Below, one piece after another: positions 26,973-37,770 of a stretch of DNA of 64,000 nt. The DNA is from Octopus vulgaris (taxonomy: Eukaryota). The notes beneath the pieces are model-generated. The model was not told the origin of the DNA. It searched no databases and saw nothing but the letters and a program-made list of their open reading frames with translations. The stretch is from positions 31,434,001 to 31,498,000 of the forward strand of contig OX597827.1 in the NCBI GenBank assembly GCA_951406725.2, read 5' to 3'. Position numbers and translations under genes: made by a program. The stretch's first letter is position 1; each line of letters begins with the position of its first letter.

Positions 26973-27720
26973 GTATGTATGTATATATGTATGTATGTAA
27001 GTACGTGTGTATGTATGTATGTATGCATGCATGCATGTGCAGATTTGTATGTTTTATGTATGTCTTCTCATGCATATAGTTGAAACGATAAACTTCTGGA
27101 AAGTTTTACAGATTTTTACAGTTCCAGTGATGGATTGGTTCTGTAGTCTTCGAATTAGCTTTCTCTTTTCTGGTTTTGAGAAGCCTAATTTCTCAAGATT
27201 GGTACATAGACATTGTGTCACATATCCCAAGGCCTCAATAATTACAGGTATAAATCTGAACTTGTAATCTGGATAGAGTAACTGCAGATTTCTCAATAGT
27301 TCAATGGAGGTGTTCTCTTTATCACTGTATGTTAACATCTGCTTGGCAGCTAATTTCCACAACTGTGCACAGTTTCTCTTCTCTATCCCAAATCATTATA
27401 TCAGGTCTGTTATGCTTACATTTTATTGAGGTCTTCACTGAGACATTCCACCAGTATTCCTTTTTATTATGAGAGGCTATGGCTTCTACCATATTGTGGA
27501 TTCTTATTTCTTTGTCTTCAGGATTATCCTTCCGACGGATTTCATTATAGAGTGTCCTAGCTACATCATGTCTCATCAGTAGATAATACTGTGATGACAT
27601 TTTTGGACAACTTATGATGTCAGTGTTATCTTCAGTGTGAACTCCACAAAGTCTGCATCGGTTGTCACATTTCACTGCTTTTCCTGCATCTCTATCTCTT
27701 TTATGAATCAAATATTTGAT
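26820..27720 (-). mobile_element. 5'-truncated RLE-type (Dong/R4-like) LINE of a second family
   Basis: CRLC...IISCP, RHDVA, WWN, NRPDIMIWD, VEISC, FIPVIIEALG. Confidence 0.8.
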
Positions 27721-28776
27721 TGATATTTTTCACTGATCTTCAGCTCTATGTTAACATATATGTATGTATGCATATTGTGTTTATGAAATTGTTTTGCAAG
27801 ATTCTTGATATGAAATCCTGTGTTGAAACAGGTATTGTTATACTTGGGGATGGCAATTTAAAAATTCTTTTTCAAATAAACACACACCCTATATATTTGT
27901 GCTTGACATCAGCTTTCTTGTTGTTTTTATTTTAGTGGGGACCCATGGGATGGAAAGTCACTTAAGAGGTCACAGGACATGAAATGAAAGATTTCAGACG
28001 AAGCAAAGGACACTAAAATAAGACCAAAAATAAAGCTGAATTGAAAGACAAATATACAGTGCATGTGTTTATTTGGTGAAAAAAAATTACCGTCCCAATA
28101 TATAACAATATATGTGTGTGTGTTCTTTTATTCTTTTACTTGTTTAAGTCATTTGATTGATGCTGTGCTGGAGCACTGCCTTAGTTGAATGACTCGACCC
28201 CAGGACTTATTCTTTGTAAGCCTCGTACTTATTCTATCAATCTCTTTTGTTGAACTGTTAAGTTACAGGGACATAAACACACCAAAATTCATTGTTAAGC
28301 GATGGCAGGGGGACAAACACAGGCACAAAGTCACACACGCATAAATATACATATATATATATAAAAATTTTTAAATCAATATTTTTTATTTTTTTATTTT
28401 TATATTTATTTTGTCATTGTATTTACTGCGGTGATGTTTTAACCATATTGCATAAGGAGTTATGCAATTTAAACTGGTCGTGTGCATATGTGCATATATA
28501 TATATATATGTGTACGTTTGTATATGTGAGTATTTGTATGTTATATATATATATATATGTGTGTGTGTTTATTATCTGCATATATTCCACTGACGGGGCA
28601 AAGCATTTCTTATGCAAAGCCAGAAATCTAGGATGTGGAATTATCCAGTAATTTTTTGCTAGTTTATTTTGTCTTTTTATCTTCTCTCCTGGTGCTGTAT
28701 GAACACTTAATGTGGTTTTAGAGTCAGGTTTTGGCTGCTATTTTCAGCGTGACGGTATCTCTTAGATACCATAAAT

Positions 28777-28807
<31 letters not shown>

Positions 28808-29159
28808 TCAATGGGCTTCTTCCAGTTTCCATCTACTACATCCACTCACAAAGCCTTAGTCGGCCTGAGGTTATAGTAGAAGACACTTGCCCAAAGTGCC
28901 ATGCAGTGGGACTGGTAAACCTTTATATACATTACATTTAACAAAGCAAGACCTAAAATCAAAAAAAAAACATAATGATCACAACTGGAACATCTATGGG
29001 CATAGACAGACCTTTACTCATTGAAGCTGACAACAACAACAAGAACAAAACTGTAATACACTGGCACTCCATTGGTTATCATGTGAAGGGTTCCTGTTGA
29101 TCTGACCAATGGAACAGTCTGCTTGTGAAATATACATGCAAGATGCTGAGCACTCTACT

Positions 29160-30058
29160 GACCATGTGAAGACAGGATGCCAAATGCACTTTTGTCGAAG
29201 GGTAAGAAGCCACAGCCAAGAAGCTGAATGGACACAAAGCTAAATGGGCACAATGCCAGACAGGCATAAAGCCAAATGGACACAATGCCGAACAGATATA
29301 AAGCCAAATGGATATAAAGCCAAATGGACACAATTCCGAGGAACATAAAGCCGAATGGACACAATCCTGAACAGATATAAAGCCGAATGGACGCAATCTC
29401 AGACAGGCATAAAGCCAAATGGATACAATGCCGAACAGATATAAAGCTGAATGGACACAATGCCAAATGGACATAAAGCTGAATGAACACAATGATGAAT
29501 GGACATAAAGCCAAATGGACAGAATTCTGAGGGACATAAAGCCAAATGGACACAATGCTGAATGGACATAAAGCCGAACGGACACGATGCTGAACAGATA
29601 TAAAGCCGAATGGACACAATACCAAACGGACATAAAGCTGAATGAACACAATGATGAATGGACATAAAGCCAAAAGGACATAATGTCGAACAGATATAAA
29701 GCTGAATGGACATAAAGCTGAACGGACACAATGCTGAATAGGCATAAAGCCAAAAAGACACAATGCAAAACAGATGTAAAGCTGAATGGACACAATGCTG
29801 AAGAGATCTAAAGCCAAATGGACAGAATGGCAAATGGGCATAAATCTAAACAGACACAATGATAAAACAAAAACCCATTCCTACCTACATAGTTTAATGA
29901 CCAATTGAGACCGTCAAATGGTCATATTGTAGGAATAAAATAATTATCATATATTTTAATTTTTGTATGTCTTTTTGGCATCTTGTCCATTTGGCATTGC
30001 GTCTGTTCTGCTTTTGGGCTTTGGCTGCTTGTCCTTCAGCAAAAGTGCATTTGGCATC
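29160..30058. mobile_element. Foldback/MITE-like element with inverted termini and an internal ~16/32-bp minisatellite
   Basis: Perfect 19-bp inverted repeat gatgccaaatgcacttttg (29176-29194 / 30040-30058). Array of ggacacaatgctgaat / ggacataaagccgaat units at 29220-29860. Interrupts a SINE. Confidence 0.7.
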
Positions 30059-30769
30059 TCTCAGGGAGATTCAGCATGACACACAGAATGTGGCCCTTTT
30101 CAATTACTCATTTTTGCCAGCTGAGTGAACTAAAGCAATTTGAAATAAAGTGTCTTGCTGAAGGAGCACAAGTGAAGGTATGTGGCTAAGTGATTAGAGC
30201 TGTTGAACTCATGATTGTAAGATTGCGGTTTCGATTCCTGGACTGGGCGACGTGTTGGGTTCTTGAGCAAAACACTCCATTTTGCATTACCCCAGTCTAC
30301 TCAGCTGGCAAAAAGGAGTAATCTTACAACAGACCGGCATCCCGTCCAAACAGGGAATATATATACTCCATGGAAGCCAAGAAACTGGACATATGAATCT
30401 ATGACTGGGGAAGGAACTCAAAGAGCACTATGCACCACCAGGAATTGAACTCATGACCTTACGATTGCAAGCCAAACACCTTAACCACTAAGTTATGCGC
30501 CTTCCCTGCCGTACACCAGATGTGGGTTGAGCAAATATATAATTCTTTTAATTAGCCAATATTTTTTTATAAATAGTAAATCTCCATTGTTTCAATAAAG
30601 GTCAGTTTGGTATGTGGAACAGAAAAAGTCACGTTATCATCGTTAAGATTAAGATACAAATTGGAACACTTTTGAAATAGAATTTTTATTCCTGTCTTTT
30701 TCCACAGACCAAAAGGAACGGCAGTAGACATGAAGAAGGTGGTAGTGGTGGTGATGGGGAGATCATGAC

Positions 30770-30886
30770 GGTGTTGGTGTTGTTGTTGTTGTTGGTGGTG
30801 GTGGTGATGATGCAGTCGTTCATGAGAATAATAGCAGGCGGCTCAAACGGAAATGGTTACTTTTATTCTGTAGCAGTAGTAGTAGC

Positions 30887-30930
<44 letters not shown>

Positions 30931-31108
30931 CAGCAGCAGCAGCAGCAGCAATATTCTTGGTATTGGTGGAGGAAGTGGCAGCAGGGGTAGAAAGGATTAG
31001 TGTCGGTATTAAGGAAGATTTTTACTTTTAGATATCATCAAACTGGATAATAATAATGATGATAATGATGATGATGATGGTATTATTAATAATACTATTC
31101 ATATTGTC

Positions 31109-31151
<43 letters not shown>

Positions 31152-31285
31152 GTTTTGTTGTTGTTGTTGTTGGTGGTGGTAGTGGTGGTGTAGGTGTTGG
31201 TGCTGGTGATGAAGGATGTGTTGGTATTCTTATTATTGCTTTCTTCTTCTTCTTCTTCTTATTATTATTATTATTATTAGGTAGT

Positions 31286-31318
<33 letters not shown>

Positions 31319-31372
31319 AAGAAGAAGAAGAAGAAGAAGAAGAAGAAGAAGAAGAAGAAGAAGAAGAAGAAG

Positions 31373-31411
<39 letters not shown>

Positions 31412-31760
31412 TGATGGTGGCAGTAGATAATGAGATGAAGCAATCAAGATTTCAACAATCAGATATGAAAGCTCACACACACGCACACGCATGCACACAC
31501 ACAAGCACACACACACATGCACACCATGAGAAATGAGGCAAGTGTTGATTGCTTTGATGTTGATGATGATGATGATGATGTGGAGGAGGAGGAGGAACAT
31601 GAGAAGGGTGAAGAGGAAGAAGGCAACCTGGATGATGATGAGAAGAAAAAGGAAGGGGAGAAAGAAGAAGAAGAAGAAGAAGAAGAAGAAGAAGAAGAAG
31701 AAGAAGAAGAAGAAGAAAACTGGGAGATGGAAGAGGAGGAAGAGGAGGAGAAGATGAAGC
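30770..31760. repeat. Compound trinucleotide microsatellites (GTA, GCA, ATT, GAA, GAT)
   Basis: Direct reading. Confidence 0.9.
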
Positions 31761-32515
31761 CGCAGCAGTTAAGAAAAAAATGAAAGCCAGAAGAAAAGAA
31801 AATAACAGTACAATAAAATGACAAACAACAACAGCAACAACAACATTTGTCTGGCTTAGAGAACATTATGATAAGAGTGAGCTATGAAAATTTTCTTAGA
31901 ATTTCTGAGTGAGCGAAAGAAGAAAGCACCAAGTTAGGTCTCTTTCTCTTCAGAAATTCAATTCTACAAATGGTTATTCCATTAAATTCAATGGACACTT
32001 GGCAGCAACTTTACGAAGTGCTTAAGTCGATCCGATATATATATGTTGGCGATGACATAGTTTTGCAGCCAGCATCGGTGTGTCTGTGGTACTTTCTGAT
32101 GGAGTGAAACGCAAAACAAAACAATAACGGGGGATTTATAATAATAAAGTAATAATGGTTTCCAATTTTGGCACAAGGTCAGCAATTCCAGAGGAAGTGT
32201 GTGTGTGTGTGGGGGTAATCGATTGCATCGACCCCCCACCACCACCACCATCATCATCATCATCCCCGTATCAACTGGTATTTATTGTATCAACCTTGAA
32301 AGGATGAAAGGCAAAGTCCATCTTGGTAGAGTTTCAACTCTGGATGTAAAGGCATAGGAGTGGCTGTGTGGTAAGTAGCTTGCTTACCAACCACATGGTT
32401 CCAGGTTCAGTCCCACTGCATGGACCATTGGGCAAGTATCTTCTACTATAGCTTTGGGCCGACCAAAGCCTTGTGAGTGGATTTGGTAGATGGAAACTGA
32501 AAGAAGCCCATCTTA

Positions 32516-32876
32516 TCTATATATATATAAATGGCAAAATGTCTGTGTGTGTGTCCTTTATACAAAATCCACAATTTTTCAGTTAGAGGGCTCACACTTT
32601 CTATGGTCATTCAAAACCATCCAAGAGGGGTTGTGCACATCTTTATATTTCCCCAGTCACCCCACAAAGCCATTAAAAAATCTATAGAAGTGACTTTTTT
32701 GTGAATTTTCTATCCAAAACCCAATCAAAATGCCCAAAACTTGATACGCCAATTGAATGCCAGCTAGCTGTATGTGATTGGTCGGAGATTTGAACAGTAC
32801 TCGCGTGTATGTGCGCATGCACGCAGCTGTATATGTATGCACTAGCACTATGACCCGGCGTTGCCGGGTCATAGTC

Positions 32877-32880
<4 letters not shown>
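32516..32880. mobile_element. Non-autonomous Helitron-like fragment
   Basis: 5' A|TCTATATATATATAAATGG. GC hairpin at 32847-32875 with CTAG on the minus-strand side. Confidence 0.6.
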
Positions 32881-32914
<34 letters not shown>

Positions 32915-32929
32915 CTGTCAGCTTCCCCT

Positions 32930-33228
32930 GGCACATAAGAAGAACCCACTACACTCACAGAGTGGTGGCATTAGGAAGGGCATCCAGCTGTAAAAACACT
33001 GCCAGATCAGACTGGAGCCTGGTGCAGCCTCCTGGCTTCCCAGACCCCAGTCGAACCGTCCAACCCATGCTAGCAAGGAAAATGGACATTAAATGATGAT
33101 GATATATATATATATCTGACTGGCCTGGTGCAGCCTTCGGGCTCCCCAGACCCCAGTTGAACCGTCCAACCCATGCTAGCATGGAAAGCGGACGTTAACA
33201 AATGATGATGATGATGATGATGATGATA
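32930..33228 (+). mobile_element. RTE 3'UTR-derived repeat with a duplicated 3' end
   Basis: Two successive cctggtgcagcc...ccaacccatgctagc...tgatgatgat units. Confidence 0.75.
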
Positions 33229-34431
33229 TATTAATAGTTATCGCCAAGCTAATATGGCAGTCCATAAATATAGGACGAAAGCTGCCATTGATTAGCTCCA
33301 AGAGGCCATCGCCTCTAGCTAGCTGTGTCTATTATAACCAGCTCCATTAAAGAAACTAACTGCAGAAATAAGTGTTTGGCAACTACACCTGTTCACCAAC
33401 AAGGAAGCACTGGAGATGTAACCTCAGCACGTAATCAACCAGAGCTTGCCCAGGCCATCACTCAGCAGACAAACTGCCTGACCATTGGGATGCATCCCTT
33501 CCACAAGAAGCAGAAGAGTATATACTCCAGTATAATCAGATGGTGGCCAGGACAAGACATAAGGGTCAAGTGATAGTAGATGACAGATGCGATATACATG
33601 TTAATGCCCTTATGCAGTACCAGGCAGTGGCTCTAATGGATTCTCATCTTAACTGATTGAAAGTGTTATCACGTACATTGTTTTGTCTTGGTATAAAAGA
33701 TGGGCTACAGCAAATATTCCGCTCAATACCACAGATTTGCTTGTCAGTTGTTTGACCGTAACCAGTTGAGCATGTTCCTTAGTGGCTGATGATATGTGCA
33801 TCTCTGATCACAAGCAGAACTAGTAGGAGAACATCATAGTCATGTGTTGAGAGGAATTCTTTGGGGTTTGGATAATTCACTTCTAGAAACATGGGTGTTT
33901 TGTTCATTATCCTTAAACAAACCTTATTCAGGGTCCTTTTGATTGGGATAGACTAATCGACCTGCAGGAAATTATAACTGAGCCCCACCTGCAAAGTCAT
34001 GCGCTGTTTATCTTGACATGAGATCAACATGTTGTGTACATATGGTTGTGATGCAATGTGCCTGATGTACCCTTATCAGATGGGTAGTCATGATGGGTGT
34101 ATTGAGCATCATATATTTGTATCTCAGTGCTACTTTGATGGCATGCACTGCTCTCACACTCAATAATAATAATGATGATGGTTTCAAATTTTGGCACAAG
34201 GCCAGCAATTTCTGGGAGGGGGTAAGGTGATTATATCGACCCCAGTACTCAACTGGTACTTATTTTATCGATTCCTTGAAGATGAAAGGCAAAGTTGACC
34301 TTGGCAGAATTTGAACTCAGAACAGAAAGATGGACAAAATGCTGCTAAGCAATGTACCCAGTGTGCTAACAATTCACCCAGCTCACCACTTTAATAAAAG
34401 CAATGATGATTATAATAATAATAATAATAAC

Positions 34432-34483
<52 letters not shown>

Positions 34484-34666
34484 GTGATGCCAGTGGTAAT
34501 GGGAGCATTAGGAGCAGTTTCCAAGAGCTTTGGAAAACATATAAAGAATATTGGAGCTGCTGCTGTAAAGGTTGTTTCCAACATAACATGGCAGTCCTGG
34601 TTTAGGATGAATGTTGCTGTAATTTAGCTCCAGGAGACACTTTTGAACAAGGGAATCTAGCACACC

Positions 34667-34890
34667 TTATTTCTTTATTGCCTACAAGGGGCTAAACGTA
34701 GAGGGGACAAACAAGCACAGACAAAGGGATTAAGTCGATTACATCAACCCCAGTGCGTAACTAGTACTTAATTTATCGACCCTGAAAGGATGAAAGACAA
34801 AGTCGACCTCAGCGGAATTTGAACTCAGAATGTAACAGCAGATGAAATACTGCTAAGCATTTCACCCAACATGCTAACATTTCTGCCAGC
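34667..34890 (-). mobile_element. Nin-like tRNA SINE
   Basis: Reverse complement of the 3489-3840 consensus. Confidence 0.8.
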
Positions 34891-34915
34891 ACCCCTACTC
34901 AGCCCAAAACAATAT

Positions 34916-34958
34916 CTATGTATCGCGATTTCCAGGTTATTTCCCTTCATCAGCATAG
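34916..34958 (-). ncRNA. Minimal type I hammerhead ribozyme
   Basis: Reverse complement ctatg-CTGATGA-agggaaataacctg-GAA-ATCGCGAT-A-catag: stem I ctatg/catag, palindromic stem III. Confidence 0.75.
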
Positions 34959-35111
34959 AATAATTGTTCGGCTGTTGCGGAATATCTCTCATTGTGAGAT
35001 TTACAAATAGTAATTTTCTAATTTAGAGATCAGTGACTAGTTGTCACATAGAAAACTATATATTCCGAACGGGAATTTTGCAGCACCACCTCTAACCAAA
35101 CAATTATTCTG

Positions 35112-35370
35112 TACTGCTGCTGCCGCTGCTACTGTTACTACTACTATTACTACTGCTGCTGCTGCTGCAGCTACTTCTGCTGCTGCTGCTACTACTACTA
35201 CTACTAGTACTCCTACTACTGCTACTGCTGTTGTTAGTGTTACTAATACTGCTGCTACTACTATTGCTGTTGCTACTACTGCTGCTACTACTACTGCTGT
35301 TGCTACTACTGCTGCTGCTGCTGCTACTACTACTGCTGCTGCTGCACCACTACTACTACAGTTACAACTA
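35112..35370. repeat. (CTG/CTA)n microsatellite
   Basis: Direct reading. Confidence 0.9.
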
Positions 35371-36440
35371 CATTAAGGTTACTGTTGCCTCTAATAAGTA
35401 CAACTACCCAGACCACTGACGTCACTGATACATATACACCTACCCCACCACTGTAACCATGATCATCACCACCACTGCCAACAACAACAACAACAACACT
35501 ATCACTCACACCACCAACAGCAATAATACCCAATTCCCAATCCCATCCCGCTCAACCACCACCAGTCCTCACCAGTACACCCTCCCATCCATCACTACCA
35601 TGCCATCAACAACAGCAACAACAACACTTACCCCATCATCTGCACCAACAACAATAATATCCCCTGCCACCACCACCACCACCACTACAAACCCACCCCT
35701 ACAAATGTCACAAATGCCCCCCACTCCTATCATCCTTGTCATTATGTTGTTGGCTAAAATTTATTATTCAACCAATATCTCCCCACCCTCGCTTCCCCCA
35801 CCCTCCAACCCACCCACACCCGCTACCCCACCCCACCCCCACCCTTACAGTAGCAGAAGGGTAATGCAGATGAGCGGTGGTGATGGAGGGGGGTGCAGCA
35901 ATAGCAATGACTACCATGATGGTGGTGGTAGTGGCAGGGTGGGTGTCGGTGGTGGTGGGTGGAATAAAACACTAGCGGTAAGACTAGACTGACATATGTA
36001 AGTGTAACACCGTTCTAACGGTGCATCACCATAGAACCACCCACTGTTTAGCCGAGTCTGTTTATTCGTGCTGTCATGAGATTCAGCTGGCATCGGTGAG
36101 TCTTAGACACCACTCAAGGAATTCCACAAATGCGGTGCAATTTGCACATTCCTTCTGGGTCATGTTGTAATCATTATACGTATAACTAAAGTGCCAGTAC
36201 TACTCCCATCATCGTCATCATCATCAACAGCAGCAGCAACAATAATATCGACAGCAGCAGCAGCACCACTAGCAACAGCTACAACAACAGCAGCAACAAC
36301 AACAAACAAGTAGTAGCTAATGCTACAACAATGATGCCAACAACAACAACGACAATAGCATCAGCAATGATGAGTCAACAACTGAGCCTCTTCATGGTCC
36401 CCTGACCTTCAAGAAATAGCAGCTTAATCAACTTCATCAT

Positions 36441-36622
36441 AGGCACCGGAGTGGCTGTGTGGTAAGTAGCTTGCTTACCGACCACATGGTTCCAGGTTCA
36501 TTTCCAATGCGTGGCACCTTGGGCATGTGTCTTCTACTATAGCCTCGGGCCGACCAAAGCCTTGTGAGTGGATTTGGTAGACGGAAACTGAAGGAAGTCC
36601 GTCATATATATATGTATGTATA
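36441..36622 (+). mobile_element. SINE B 5' half; the 3' half is at 40940-41145, split by an RTE LINE
   Basis: Head ggagtggctgtgtggtaagtagcttgc. Body resumes as gtgtttgtccccccaacatcgcttgacaac after the LINE. Confidence 0.85.
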
Positions 36623-37651
36623 TGGTTGGGTCGTCGGCGACTAAACCGGCAACCCCACCAAGCTTGCTTGGTGAGGAGGGTGTTTATTGGACACCCTGCG
36701 GGATGAAAAACAAAACCCGTCAAAGGGCGGAGGAACTCTTGAGAGTCAACGGCCATCCAATTAATGTGTAATTTTTTTTTTCTTAAGGCTTAAGGCCGTA
36801 TCATGCGTGGGGACATAGAAATAATCGGATTGAATACCCAATCGCGCGGTTAAACCATTGGGAGTGAAGGATTCCTAGCCTTTGTTAGGGCATCCTTCTA
36901 GGAGAAGGTAACTCAGGTAATTGGGATAACTCCAACATAAAACCTGCGGCTCAGTGGTTACCGATGATGTTGACTTGTTCTTCTTTTCAGATTATGGCTG
37001 CTTTGCTTAGTGAGTTGGATTGACTCAGTGCACAGCCTTTCCTCACTTAAAAAAAATCTTTTTGCACAGGTATTGCACGATAACAACATTGATTGATTGA
37101 TTAAATTGATTAACTAATTCATGATTATTGATGGCACTTGAGTCTCAACTGAATGGCTGGCTGTAGCCTTAAAAAGCAAAAAATTCAATGATGTACCAAA
37201 ACAGTATAAAAATAAATGGCAGTAAGGACTCTGGAACCACATCATCTGAAAGAGTCTGGCCCGGCAGGGACTCCAGAGCATCACAGTCTGAACCCGGCCG
37301 TTATCATGCTACTTTGATAGAACCAAAGAAAATAGTGAATATTGGCTGTTGGAATGTACGGACACTGCTTGACCGCAAGTCCTCTAAATGTCCCGAAAGA
37401 AGGACTGTGCTTGTTGCAAGGGAGCTTCAACGCTATGATCTTGACATCGTTGCTTTATCTGAGATGAGATTACCTGGAGATGGTCATCTTACAGAATCTT
37501 GTGGAAAATATACATTCTTTTGGAAAGGGAGGAATGAAGAGTTTAGAGGAGAAGCTGGAGTGGCATTTGCTGTTAAGACTACTCTTGTGGACAAGTTGGA
37601 AGAATTCCCAGTTGGAATTAACGAGCATCTTATGTCCATGAGAATTCCTTT

Positions 37652-37770
37652 GGCAAAAGAGACCGATAGAATAAGTACTGGGCTTACAAAGAATAAGTCC
37701 CGGGGTCGAGTTGCTCGACTAAAGGTGGTGCAGTCAAATGACTGAAACAAGTAAAAGAGTAAAAAGAGTA
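37652..37770 (+). mobile_element. 5'-truncated SINE B tail inserted in the RTE APE domain
   Basis: Matches 41022-41144 and interrupts RIPLAK...MTLVSVYAPT. Confidence 0.85.

Noticed and set aside
29079-29859. Three overlapping Cys-rich ORFs of 144-238 aa; also a CRISPR-like periodic appearance
   Set aside because: Minisatellite translation. No unique spacers, no cas genes, eukaryotic context.
31517-31783. Poly-Glu / poly-Lys ORFs
   Set aside because: (GAA)n microsatellite.
35041-35992. Mucin-like Thr/Ala/Pro-rich ORFs
   Set aside because: Low-complexity trinucleotide tracts with no supporting gene structure.
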